A stretch of DNA of 64,000 nucleotides from an uncultured Clostridia bacterium (GTDB taxonomy: Bacteria; Bacillota; Clostridia; Oscillospirales; JAAYOS01): assembly GCA_947630675.1 (NCBI GenBank), contig CANRIN010000003.1:4530-68529 (forward strand). Reading direction: 5' to 3'. A program made the translations under genes and the position numbers. The notes beneath the pieces are model-generated. The model was not told the DNA's origin, made no database searches, and worked only from the letters and a program-made list of their open reading frames with translations. This document shows positions 54,993 through 63,978 of the stretch, piece by piece. Positions within the stretch are counted from its first letter, which is position 1; every line of letters begins with the position of its first letter.

Positions 54993-57209
54993 TCAGTGCT
55001 CGTAGCCCTTTCGCGTCACCTGAACGACGCCCTGGATGTTCCCAAGCTTTGTCATTATCGTCTTCAGCTCGTTCGTGTCCGCTATCTGCACGACGAGGTT
55101 CACCGCATCGTACCCGTCGCCGAGGACGCGCGCGTTTATCGAAACGACCGTGACCTTCAGCGCTGTGAGCGCCGTCATGACGTCCACAAGGAGATTGGCG
55201 CGGTCGCGAGCGGACAGCTCGAGCCCCGTCACATAGCGCTCGTCCGGCGCCTGTTCCCAGTAGACCTTCACCATCCTGCCTGCCTCGCGCGAGAGGCTTT
55301 CCGCGTTCCGGCAGTCGCTGCGGTGGACCGACACACCGTATCCTCGCGTCACGAAGCCTATGATGTCGTCTCCCGGCACCGGCGTACAGCAGCGCGCGAA
55401 CTTGACAAGGCAGTTGTCCACTCCCTCGACGACGACGCCGTTCTCGCTGCGCTTTGTGACCTTCTTATTCGGCAGCACCGGACTCTCCGGCACGCCCGCC
55501 GCAGGCTGCTCCGCTGCCTTCTCGCCGAGCTTGCCCATACGCGTGAGCTCATCCTTCACGCGGTTTATCGCGCGCATGACGGTGATGCCGCCGTAGCCTA
55601 TCGCCGCGTACATCTCGTCAAGGGAGTTGAAGCTCATTCGCCGGAGTATCTGCGGCAGTACGTCGTCCGAGAGCAGCGAGAGGTCTATCTCGAGCCGCTT
55701 CATGTGCTCCTCGAAGCGGGCGCGTCCTTCGGCGATGTTCTCCTCGCGCGCCATCTTCTTGAACCACTGGCGTATCTTGTTGCGTGCCTCGCTCGTCTTT
55801 GCGAGCTCGAGCCAACCCCGGCTCGGCCCGCGCGCGACCTTGCTTGTCAGCACCTCGACGATGTCGCCGCTCTTCAGCTCGTAGTCGTATCCGACTATCC
55901 TGCCGTTCACCTTCGCGCCGGTCATGCGGTTTCCGACGGCGGAGTGTATAGAGTACGCGAAGTCTATCGGCGTCGCGCCGGCGGGGAGACTTATGACGTC
56001 CCCCTTCGGCGTAAAGACGAACACCTCGTCTGCGAACATGTCTATCTTGAGCATGCTCAGGAACTCGTCCGAGTCGGTGTCCTCCTGTGTCTCGAGGAGG
56101 TTTCGGACCCACTCGAGCTTCTCGTCGAAGTTCTCCTTCGACTCGGTGACGCCGTCCTTGTACTTCCAGTGCGCGGCTATGCCGTACTCGGCGGTGTGGT
56201 GCATCTCCCAGGTGCGTATCTGCACCTCGAAGGGTATGCCCTCCCGCCCAATGACCGTCGTGTGCAGCGACTGGTACATATTCGGCTTCGGCGTGGAGAT
56301 GTAGTCCTTAAAGCGTCCGGGCATCGGCTTATACAGGTCATGGACTATGCCGAGGACGTTGTAGCAGTCGACGACCTCGTCCACGATTATCCGTATGGCG
56401 TAGAGGTCGTATATCTCGTCAAGCGACTTGTTCTGATTGTACATCTTGCGGTAGACGGAGTAGACGTGCTTTATCCTGCCGTGTATCTCCGCCTTTATCC
56501 CGTTTTCGTCGAGACGCGCCTGTATCACCGAGGTGACGTGCTCGAGGAAGTCGTTGTAGTGGCTCTCCCTGTCGGTTATGACGTCCACTATCTCCTTGTA
56601 GCCTATCGGGTCAAGGCACCGGAGCGCTATATCCTCAAGCTCCCACTTCACGCGTGACATGCCGAGGCGGTGAGCAAGCGGCGCGTATATCTCCATCGTC
56701 TCGAGCGCCTTCTCGCGGCGCTTCGGCTCGCTCCATGCCTCCGCAGTTCTCATATTGTGCAGACGGTCGCAGATTTTTATCAGTATCACGCGGATGTCCT
56801 TCGCCATGGCGAGGAACATCTTGCGGAGGTTTTCCATCTGCTCGTCTTCCTTGTAGGTGTACTGCACGCGCGTCAGCTTAGTGACGCCGTCCACGAGCAA
56901 CGCGACGTCCTCGCCGAATTCTCCCGCTACGTCCGCGTAGGTCATGGACGTGTCCTCTATGACGTCGTGCAGGAGCGCCGCCTCGATGCTCCGCGCGTCC
57001 AGACCGACCTCAAAGGCTATCTCCGCCACCGCTTCCGGGTGCATGATATACGGGTCGCCCGAACGGCGGAGCTGTCCGTCGTGCGCGGCGCGCGCGACCT
57101 CGTAAGCGCGGCGGATGTCCGCCGCCGCGTCCGGGTGCACCTTTCCGCACTTCGCCATGAACTCCTCAAATCTGGCGTTCACATCCTCTACCGTCATCGG
57201 TTTACTCAT
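54993..57209 (-). CDS. relA: Bifunctional (p)ppGpp synthetase/hydrolase (RelA/SpoT homologue)
   Basis: 738 aa with an HD hydrolase (HDVIEDT), a RelA_SpoT synthetase domain, and TGS and C-terminal ACT domains. Confidence 0.95.
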   Translation of the reverse strand: MSKPMTVEDVNARFEEFMAKCGKVHPDAAADIRRAYEVARAAHDGQLRRSGDPYIMHPEAVAEIAFEVGLDARSIEAALLHDVIEDTSMTYADVAGEFGEDVALLVDGVTKLTRVQYTYKEDEQMENLRKMFLAMAKDIRVILIKICDRLHNMRTAEAWSEPKRREKALETMEIYAPLAHRLGMSRVKWELEDIALRCLDPIGYKEIVDVITDRESHYNDFLEHVTSVIQARLDENGIKAEIHGRIKHVYSVYRKMYNQNKSLDEIYDLYAIRIIVDEVVDCYNVLGIVHDLYKPMPGRFKDYISTPKPNMYQSLHTTVIGREGIPFEVQIRTWEMHHTAEYGIAAHWKYKDGVTESKENFDEKLEWVRNLLETQEDTDSDEFLSMLKIDMFADEVFVFTPKGDVISLPAGATPIDFAYSIHSAVGNRMTGAKVNGRIVGYDYELKSGDIVEVLTSKVARGPSRGWLELAKTSEARNKIRQWFKKMAREENIAEGRARFEEHMKRLEIDLSLLSDDVLPQILRRMSFNSLDEMYAAIGYGGITVMRAINRVKDELTRMGKLGEKAAEQPAAGVPESPVLPNKKVTKRSENGVVVEGVDNCLVKFARCCTPVPGDDIIGFVTRGYGVSVHRSDCRNAESLSREAGRMVKVYWEQAPDERYVTGLELSARDRANLLVDVMTALTALKVTVVSINARVLGDGYDAVNLVVQIADTNELKTIMTKLGNIQGVVQVTRKGYEH

Positions 57210-59301
57210 TGGCTTTTCCCTCCTCCCCGCTTTTCATCAGCTTTCTGAGGCGCATTATTACCGGCGCCGTGTTGAGGTCCGTGGGCTTTCTCTCCCCCAT
57301 ACGGACGGTCGCCATCTCCCCGTCGCGCTTATACTCGAGGCGTTCCTTTTCCGCAAGCGCCTTGAGGCAGACGAGAAGCTGTCCGTAACCTATATCCACA
57401 TGCTCCGCGCTGCGTATCCGGCGGCAGAGCGAGCTTACCCTCGCCCGCGTAGCGCCGTCCTCTCCGGCGCTCGTGCGGAGGTAGCGGAGCACCGCCACCA
57501 CCTCGCGAACCTCCGGCATGAGCCGCGCCGCCTCGCTCGGCGCAAGCTCCGCCCCGGCTCTCAGGAGCCGGTAGAGCTCGAACTCTCGGACATATCTGCC
57601 GTACTCGTCCGGCGGCATACGAAGCGACTCCAGAATGAGCCGCACCTCCCCGCCGTCCGCTATCGAGACCGGGTCGACGCACACGAGCGCATCGCCCGAG
57701 TCGCCGTCCCCGACGTCGCCCCGGAGCGCGTCGCGGCCGAAGCAGAGCGTGTGGAAGCTCCTTCCGCCGGCGGTTATCCTCATCCTTGCGCCGCGCCCTT
57801 CCCGCATCGGCATGACCTCTCCGATCTCCACATTCTTCAGTATGAAGACCGGCATGGGGTTTGCCGCCCCGAACGGGCCGAGCTCCGCTAGCCCGCGCAC
57901 GAGCTCCGGTTCGAGCTCGTGCGGAAGTATCTCCGCATCCACGTCTATGTGCGCGGAGACGAGCGCCGGCGCGGTCTCGCCGACTATCTCCGCAAACAGC
58001 GGTATGTTCTCCTCCCTTATGGTGAAGCCGACCGCGAATTCATGCCCACCCCAATTCTCAAAGAGGTAGGGCGCGCGCTTCATTATCTCGAGTATGTTGA
58101 TGCCGTAAAAGCTCCGTCCCGAGCCGCGCCCCACTCCGTCCTCGAGGCATATCAGGAACACCGGCCGCGCAAACGCCTCCGCAAGGCGGCTCGCGACGAT
58201 GCCGACTATTCCCTGGTGCCACCCGTCGCTCGCGAGCACGAGCGCCCTGCCGGGACGGTCCCCGGCGCTCTCCTCGTTCAGCATGGCCTCCGCCTTGGCA
58301 TATATCTCCTCAAGCATATCGTTTTCGAGCTTCTGGCGCTCGCGGTTGAGCTCGCAGAGCTTCGCCGCAAGCTCTCCCGCGCGGCGGACGTCGTCCGTCA
58401 TCAGCAGCTCGACCGCATCCTCCGCGCTGCCCATCCGTCCCGCGGCGTTGAGGCGGGGCGCTATCGAGAAGCCTATCGCGCTCTCGTCGAGCTGTCTCTG
58501 TTCCCCGAAGGTCTCCTCCGTCAGGGCGCGAAGCCCCGGTCTTCTTGAGTCGGAAAGTCTTTGCAGTCCATGGTATGTCAGCGTCGCATTGACGCCGACC
58601 ATCGGCACTACGTCCGCCACGGTCCCTATCGCCGCAAGGTCGCCCACCGCGTCCATAAGCTCCGAGAGGCGATCGCGCCCCTCGAACGCGAGCATCAGCA
58701 TGAACGCCACTCCCACGCCGGCAAGCGGCTTGAACGGATACGCGCAGCCCTGTCTCAGCGGGTCCACCACGGCGGCTGCTCTCGGAAGCCGGCCGGGGCA
58801 CTCGTGGTGGTCGGTGACGATGAAATCGACGCCGAGCGACTTCGCGTACTCCACCTCATCGTGCGCGGTGATACCCAGATCTACCGTTATCACAAGCGTG
58901 ACACCGCCGCGCGCGAGCTCCTCTATGTGCTGGCGCGAAACGCCGTAGCCGTCGTCCAGCCTTGTGGGGATGCACACCCTGACGTCGAGCCCCGCCTTCC
59001 GCAGACGCTCGCAGACGAGGCATGCGGCGGTTATGCCGTCCACGTCGTAGTCACCGTAGACGGCGCACTTCTCGCCCTTCTCCACAGCCGCATGCAGGCG
59101 CGCCGCCGCCTTCTTCATTCCCTTCATCAGCATCGGGTCGGGTATGCTCTCAAGCTCCCTTGACAGCACAGCTCTCACCGCCTCCGGCGAACGGACCTTT
59201 CGCGCCGAAAGAACGCGCGCGGCAAGGAGCGGCACGCCGCTCTTCACAAGCTCGCGTTCCGCGCCCGGATCGTTTTGTCTGAAGATCCACCGCCTTGTCA
59301 T
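57202..59301 (-). CDS. recJ: Single-stranded-DNA-specific exonuclease RecJ
   Basis: 699 aa with DHH motifs (YGDYDVDGIT, VTDHHE) and a DHHA1 domain. It overlaps the relA start by 8 nt. Confidence 0.93.
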   Translation of the reverse strand: MTRRWIFRQNDPGAERELVKSGVPLLAARVLSARKVRSPEAVRAVLSRELESIPDPMLMKGMKKAAARLHAAVEKGEKCAVYGDYDVDGITAACLVCERLRKAGLDVRVCIPTRLDDGYGVSRQHIEELARGGVTLVITVDLGITAHDEVEYAKSLGVDFIVTDHHECPGRLPRAAAVVDPLRQGCAYPFKPLAGVGVAFMLMLAFEGRDRLSELMDAVGDLAAIGTVADVVPMVGVNATLTYHGLQRLSDSRRPGLRALTEETFGEQRQLDESAIGFSIAPRLNAAGRMGSAEDAVELLMTDDVRRAGELAAKLCELNRERQKLENDMLEEIYAKAEAMLNEESAGDRPGRALVLASDGWHQGIVGIVASRLAEAFARPVFLICLEDGVGRGSGRSFYGINILEIMKRAPYLFENWGGHEFAVGFTIREENIPLFAEIVGETAPALVSAHIDVDAEILPHELEPELVRGLAELGPFGAANPMPVFILKNVEIGEVMPMREGRGARMRITAGGRSFHTLCFGRDALRGDVGDGDSGDALVCVDPVSIADGGEVRLILESLRMPPDEYGRYVREFELYRLLRAGAELAPSEAARLMPEVREVVAVLRYLRTSAGEDGATRARVSSLCRRIRSAEHVDIGYGQLLVCLKALAEKERLEYKRDGEMATVRMGERKPTDLNTAPVIMRLRKLMKSGEEGKANE

Positions 59302-59327
59302 GATGCTGTTCTCCCGGCCTCCTTATT

Positions 59328-60164
59328 TCAGGATGGCTGCTTCGTCCTGAGTTCTATCACCGGCAGATGCGGACGGTTGAAGAGCCGCCGCGTCCAACCG
59401 GTGTTCCCGAGCCCCCTGCTTGTCACGAGATCCATCCCGTCTATATCGTAGTGCCCGCTCGTATGCTTGGGCAGTATCTTCATCGAAGGACCGACCAGCC
59501 CGTCGGTAAACGGAAGGCGGATGAGCCCTCCGTGCGCGTGCCCCGCGAGCATTATGTCGGTTCCGAGCGCGCTCGCCTCCTCCGCCCGGCTGTACCGGTG
59601 GTTGAGCATCAGCAGGAAGTCCGGCTCCCGCTGCTTTGCAAGCCGCACCGCCTCGTCCATCGTTATCATATCCGCGCGGCCGTTCGGGTCGTCCACGCCG
59701 AGGAGGGTTATTTTGTCGCCGTTCCGTTCGAGCTCGACCGCCTCGTTTTGCAGCACCGTCACCCCGGCGCGCTCCAGCTCCGCCGCCACCGGAGGAAATC
59801 CCTCCTTGTACTCGTGGTTGCCCGGAACAAAGTAGCACGGCGCTATATCCGCGAGCTTCCGCGCCGTGGCGTAGACCATGCCGACGTCGCGCGAGGTCGT
59901 GTCCACAAAATCCCCGGTGATGGCGATGATGTCCGGCTCTTCCGCCCGGATCATCTTGGCGAGCTCCTCGTTGTCCTCGCCGAACATGGCGCCGTGAAGG
60001 TCGGAGATGTGCACTATCCTGAACCCGTCAAAGCCCTCGGGGAGGTTTTCGCGCTCTACCGTTATTTCCTCGATCTCTATTATGCGGTTTGAGCGGTACA
60101 GCTCCACAAAGAGCAGCACCGTTACCACGCCGACCAGACCAAGTACCACATGTTTCCTGCGCAT
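59328..60164 (-). CDS. Calcineurin-like metallophosphoesterase (YkuE-like), membrane-anchored
   Basis: 278 aa with an N-terminal TM and the motifs HISDLHG, GDFVD, GNHE and GHAHGG. Confidence 0.85.
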   Translation of the reverse strand: MRRKHVVLGLVGVVTVLLFVELYRSNRIIEIEEITVERENLPEGFDGFRIVHISDLHGAMFGEDNEELAKMIRAEEPDIIAITGDFVDTTSRDVGMVYATARKLADIAPCYFVPGNHEYKEGFPPVAAELERAGVTVLQNEAVELERNGDKITLLGVDDPNGRADMITMDEAVRLAKQREPDFLLMLNHRYSRAEEASALGTDIMLAGHAHGGLIRLPFTDGLVGPSMKILPKHTSGHYDIDGMDLVTSRGLGNTGWTRRLFNRPHLPVIELRTKQPS

Positions 60165-60274
60165 ATCTCACCTGTCAACGCCCGAGTCCCGCCGCGCGGA
60201 CGGCTTCCCGGGCAAGATAAATTTTCGGAAAAGCTTCGGGCCAAGCGACCCGATGAAACAAACTAATAAGGACT

Positions 60275-60498
60275 TATAGCATATCGCGAAGCGATTGCTA
60301 TAATGTGCCATGTTTTGCGGTTCCGCCCGAAGGGCGGGAGCAAAACGGCATTGAATCAAATATAATAGCCGCTCTGCGGCTATTATAGCATATCGCGAAG
60401 CGATTGCTATAATGTGCCATGTTTTGCGGTTCCGCCCAAGGGGCGGGAGCAAAACGGCATTGAATCAATTTAATAGCCGCTCTGCGGCTATTATAGCA
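60275..60498. repeat. Tandem ~109-bp repeat (2 units + start of a third) built of three hairpins
   Basis: The unit starts at 60275, 60384 and 60492. Each contains tatagcatatcgc-gaa-gcgattgctata, gccatgttttgcggttccgccc-gaag-ggcgggagcaaaacggc and aatagccgc-tct-gcggctatt. Confidence 0.9.
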
Positions 60499-60617
60499 CA
60501 CTCGAACCTTTCCCGCAACTACAAAACCGCCCGAAGGGATTTTCGCGGGACCTACGGGCTTTGACAAGCGGCAAAGAGCGGAGGACGGTGCCCTCCGCTC
60601 TTCTTGCTCTGTTCGGA

Positions 60618-61250
60618 TCATTCTTCGCGGGTCTCACTGCACAGCAGGGCAGCAGTCAGCTCCGTGATGCTCCGGCATATAATGTCCGGCGGGTGCGGCA
60701 GTAATCCGGCATTCCCGAGGCCGCCGTATCCCTGCCTCACCCAAACGGTCCGCATTCCGAGCGCCTGCGCCGGCGCTATGTCGTTATCCGGACGGTCCCC
60801 GACCATCACCGCTTCCCGCGCGTCACATCCGGCAAGCGCGAGCGCGCGCCGAAATATCTCCGGGTCCGGCTTTGCCGCTCCGATGTCTCCGGAGCCTGCC
60901 GAGACGTCAAAAAAACTTCCTATGCCAAAGCTTTCAAGCCGTTCCGAAAGCCCCGGATGCTGGTTTGCTATGACTCCGAGGCGGTACCTCTCGGCCATGC
61001 GTGCAAGCATCTCTTTCACTCCGGGGTACAGCCGCTCCAGTTCCGGCCTCCACTTAGCCTTGGCGAGGCCGAGGCGTTTCCGCGCGAGATCGTATCCGTC
61101 CAGGTTTTGCGCGCAGAAGCTGCGGTATAGAGCGTCAAATTCTTCCGCCGTTATAGCGGAGCCGCGGACGGTATCCGCTATCCTTGCCGCCTCGCACTCG
61201 CTCTCATCGACAAGCGTGGAGCCGATATCGAAGAACACCCATTCTATCAT
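60618..61250 (-). CDS. HAD superfamily hydrolase
   Basis: The start is chosen at MIEWVFFDIGSTLVDE (ATG 61250), which avoids overlap with the upstream gene. Motif IV is MVGDRPDNDI. Confidence 0.8.
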   Translation of the reverse strand: MIEWVFFDIGSTLVDESECEAARIADTVRGSAITAEEFDALYRSFCAQNLDGYDLARKRLGLAKAKWRPELERLYPGVKEMLARMAERYRLGVIANQHPGLSERLESFGIGSFFDVSAGSGDIGAAKPDPEIFRRALALAGCDAREAVMVGDRPDNDIAPAQALGMRTVWVRQGYGGLGNAGLLPHPPDIICRSITELTAALLCSETREE

Positions 61251-61263
61251 CTTCTGCGGCTTT

Positions 61264-61725
61264 TCAAAGCACCGCGGTCTCCGAAGCGGCGAGCCGCTCA
61301 AGAATTATGTCGCGCACTATCTTGAGAAACTGTCCGTTTGCCGGGCGGCTCCTGAAGTTCATGAAATACCTGGCGTACTTTCCGCCCCGGCCGTTTTCCC
61401 ACGTGCACTCGATGGTGAATCTGATAGTCTTTTCGACGTTTGCCGCAGTCGTGCCGAAGCGCTTCGCTATCTCGGGATAGATGCGCTTAGTCATGTCGCC
61501 ACGCTCTATCGTTCCGCGCTGAAGCGCCGCCTGGATATAGGCGAAGCCTCTCTCGTACTCCGGCACACCGATCTCACGGAGGATATCTCTTATCACGACG
61601 GATATGCCCGGATCGGAGCAGATATTGTCATCATCGAGCAGAGGTATACCCGCAGACTGTAGAACGTTCTTTGCCAAAACATAATCGTTTTCACGGAAAT
61701 ACAAATACTTTCCCAACTTGAGCAC
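61264..61725 (-). CDS. Spo0A C-terminal (DNA-binding) domain-containing protein lacking a receiver domain
   Basis: 153 aa. GVPEYERGFAYIQAALQ...MTKRIYPEIAKRFGTTAANVEKTIRFTIECTW resembles the Spo0A_C HTH region (..[28 protein letters not shown]). There is no ATG start; GTG 61725 or TTG 61716 are candidates. Confidence 0.65.
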   Translation of the reverse strand: MLKLGKYLYFRENDYVLAKNVLQSAGIPLLDDDNICSDPGISVVIRDILREIGVPEYERGFAYIQAALQRGTIERGDMTKRIYPEIAKRFGTTAANVEKTIRFTIECTWENGRGGKYARYFMNFRSRPANGQFLKIVRDIILERLAASETAVL

Positions 61726-62050
61726 ATCCTTTCAGGAAATTTATGTCTAAATTTAAGCACATTGGGAAAAATTTTGCAATAGGAAAACGCGTAAATATAT
61801 CGACTTTTTTTGACTATTTTTCAAATCATTTCAAGATTAGCAGAAAATGTAAGTAATCTGGCGGAAAAAGCCGCTAAAATATTACATCTCAATTTTGACG
61901 CTTTTTGAGACAAATCCCGCAGCTCGTATCAAATTTGCTAATATTTGCCATGAAAATGGGAATTTCAGGAAAAGTAACGTGCTATATCGTTCCGCAAGAT
62001 GAGCGACTCCGGCTTTTCGTGCTGCTGTGGGGCAAGGGGAAAGTCCCGGT

Positions 62051-62815
62051 TCAGATTTGAATTTGAAAATTCTCGAACTCGAACAACCCGTTTCCCTGTT
62101 TGAGCTTGCCGCTTCTCTCAATTTGTGTAAACCCGGCCTCAATTTCGTCTATCAGGGAAACAGGGATGTTTAACTGATGGTGGCCGGGTAAAATCTTCGT
62201 GATTTTATATTTGTTCACACGTTTTACCGAATTATAGAAAAGCTGAGGGTCGGTCGTCGGATAAAAGGCGTAAAGGCAGCCCTTGTAAATCAAATCCCCG
62301 GAAAACAGGTATTCCCTCTCCGGCTCATAGAAGCAGCAGTGTCCGGGGGAGTGCCCCGGTGTGTGAACGGCCTGAAGCTTCCGATTTCCCAAATCCAGCC
62401 AGTCACCGTCCCTCAAAACTCTCTGCGGCATACCCTGAAAAATCCGATAGGCATCAACATCAAACTCTGCCGGAAAATCGCACGAGAACCTTGTTAAATT
62501 ATTTTTGACAACTTGCAGGGGAATCGGGAATTTAACGGAAAGCCAGTCTTGCTCCAGTTCATGCACGGCTATATTATCAAAGTACTGGTGCCCGCCGATA
62601 TGATCCCAGTGAACATGGGTAGTAACTGCCATAACCGGCAGGTCCGTCAGACTGTCCACGATTTTCCTGATATCGGCAACACCCAAACCCGTATCGATCA
62701 GAAGCGCTTTTTTCTGCCCGCACAACAGATAACAATGCGTTTCTTCCCAGTGCTTGTATTCACTTATCGCAAATGTCTGTGCATCTATTTTCTCAACGGT
62801 AAACCAGTCATTCAT
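62051..62815 (-). CDS. MBL-fold metallo-hydrolase
   Basis: 254 aa with HxHxDH (THVHWDHIGG) plus downstream His/Asp ligands (HTPGHSPGH). The gene is visibly AT-richer than its surroundings. Confidence 0.85.
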   Translation of the reverse strand: MNDWFTVEKIDAQTFAISEYKHWEETHCYLLCGQKKALLIDTGLGVADIRKIVDSLTDLPVMAVTTHVHWDHIGGHQYFDNIAVHELEQDWLSVKFPIPLQVVKNNLTRFSCDFPAEFDVDAYRIFQGMPQRVLRDGDWLDLGNRKLQAVHTPGHSPGHCCFYEPEREYLFSGDLIYKGCLYAFYPTTDPQLFYNSVKRVNKYKITKILPGHHQLNIPVSLIDEIEAGFTQIERSGKLKQGNGLFEFENFQIQI

Positions 62816-62992
62816 ATATCTTTTTCCTCATTAAGTACCAATTTGTCGAACGCCGCTATTTTATCACACCCGGAAACGAGATTCAAGATCCCATCAGCTC
62901 CGCGGGCAAAACTCACGAGGGTAGAATATACTCCGATGCGGAATGTCTCAGCTCCCTCGTACTCCGCTATGTTCGAATAGGAGCTGCACAAG

Positions 62993-63333
62993 GTCGGGCA
63001 ATATTCGCGGAGCGAATATTGCAAGCGAGGGCGGTAGAATGTCGGATGAATAATTGGTGCGTGCCCTCGCGCTCCGCGCCTGTTCGCGCGGTGAAGTCAG
63101 CGGCAAGGCTGCTGACTTCGCGCAGGGGCGATTCATTCGCCCCGAGCATTTTGATTGGAAGGGGCCCCCAACGGTTCCGTAGAAACCGTTTTGCAAAAGC
63201 GGCCAGAGGCCGCTCCGCGCCTGTTCGCGCGGTTGAAGTTGCTTGCCACAGGCAAGCAACTTCGCGGAGCCCCGATTTATTCGGGGCGAGCATTTTAATA
63301 TAAGGGCAGAGCGCCGCTGTCGCGGCGCGGAGT
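62993..63333. repeat. Array of hairpin repeat modules
   Basis: An inverted copy of the 85-nt module of 54463-54547 lies at 62993-63091. It is followed by two ~142-nt units (from ~63071 and ~63213) of the form ctccgcgcctgttcgcgcgg-tgaagt[stem]-[stem]acttcgcg-[gggg..att(c/t)att..cccc]-gagcatttt. The same unit type is at 19783-19862. Confidence 0.85.
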
Positions 63334-63338
63334 CCAAA

Positions 63339-63366
63339 ACAAAAAGCAGCCGTTCGGCTGCTTTTT
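63339..63366 (-). terminator. Intrinsic terminator at the end of the tRNA/5S cluster
   Basis: aaaaagcagcc-gttc-ggctgcttttt, directly downstream (minus strand) of the last tRNA. Confidence 0.8.
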
Positions 63367-63370
63367 GTTT

Positions 63371-63447
63371 TGGTGGACCTTCAGGGACTCGAACCCCGGA
63401 CCGGCCGGTTATGAGCCGGCTGCTCTAACCAACTGAGCTAAAGGTCC
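63371..63447 (-). tRNA. tRNA with CAU anticodon (elongator Met or lysidine-modified Ile2)
   Basis: The reverse complement GGACCUUUAGCUCAGUUGGUUAGAGCAGCCGGCUCAUAACCGGCCGGUCCGGGGUUCGAGUCCCUGAAGGUCCACCA folds as a cloverleaf. G1:C72 means it is not an initiator. C4 and C5 in the acceptor stem are reminiscent of tRNA-Ile2. CCA is encoded. Confidence 0.9.
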
Positions 63448-63490
63448 ATATTTGACGATACCGCTACGACTTCGTAGCGGTATCGTCGAG

Positions 63491-63566
63491 TGGCTCCCCC
63501 TGTTGGACTCGAACCAACGACCCTGCGGTTAACAGCCGCATGCTCTACCAACTGAGCTAAGGAGGA
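63491..63566 (-). tRNA. tRNA-Asn (GUU)
   Basis: The reverse complement is UCCUCCUUAGCUCAGUUGGUAGAGCAUGCGGCUGUUAACCGCAGGGUCGUUGGUUCGAGUCCAACAGGGGGAGCCA, with anticodon loop CUGUUAA. Confidence 0.93.
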
Positions 63567-63572
63567 ATGTAT

Positions 63573-63687
<115 letters not shown>

Positions 63688-63815
63688 TACATTTACTTCC
63701 CTCAAGGGAAGTAAGTAGCGAAGAACGTCGTCTTCGTTCCTTACCGCCCTTGCAGTAAAGTCGTTATTCACTTTTCAATCTTGCCTCGGCTCCGCCTGCC
63801 TCAGCGCTTAAAAGT

Positions 63816-63890
63816 TGGTGACCCGTGCGGGAATCGAACCCACGTTTGCGGCGTGAGAGGCCGCCGTCTTAGCCGCTTGACCAACGGGCC
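63816..63890 (-). tRNA. tRNA-Glu (CUC)
   Basis: The reverse complement is GGCCCGUUGGUCAAGCGGCUAAGACGGCGGCCUCUCACGCCGCAAACGUGGGUUCGAUUCCCGCACGGGUCACCA. It has the typical Firmicute tRNA-Glu scaffold and anticodon loop CUCUCAC. Confidence 0.9.
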
Positions 63891-63978
63891 GTTTTCACTC
63901 CTGTCCTCGTTCCTCCAAGGACTTAGAACAACCAACCGTACCACGGTTGACTGTTCTCAACCCTTTCGAGTCTCTTTC

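Noticed and set aside
60275-60498. Possible CRISPR or satellite array
   Set aside because: There are only two and a fraction ~109-bp units with no unique spacers. The central hairpin also occurs singly at 45066-45146. This is better explained as tandem amplification of a hairpin repeat module.
61264-61301. 38-nt overlap between the HAD hydrolase ORF (track start 61301) and the Spo0A_C-like gene
   Set aside because: It is resolved by using the internal ATG at 61250. That start precedes the HAD motif-I region (MIEWVFFDIGSTL) directly and removes the overlap.
62844-62850. TGTCGAA (Spo0A 0A-box consensus) upstream of the MBL hydrolase gene
   Set aside because: It is a single 7-mer occurrence, expected by chance in 64 kb on two strands, with no clustering or supporting context.
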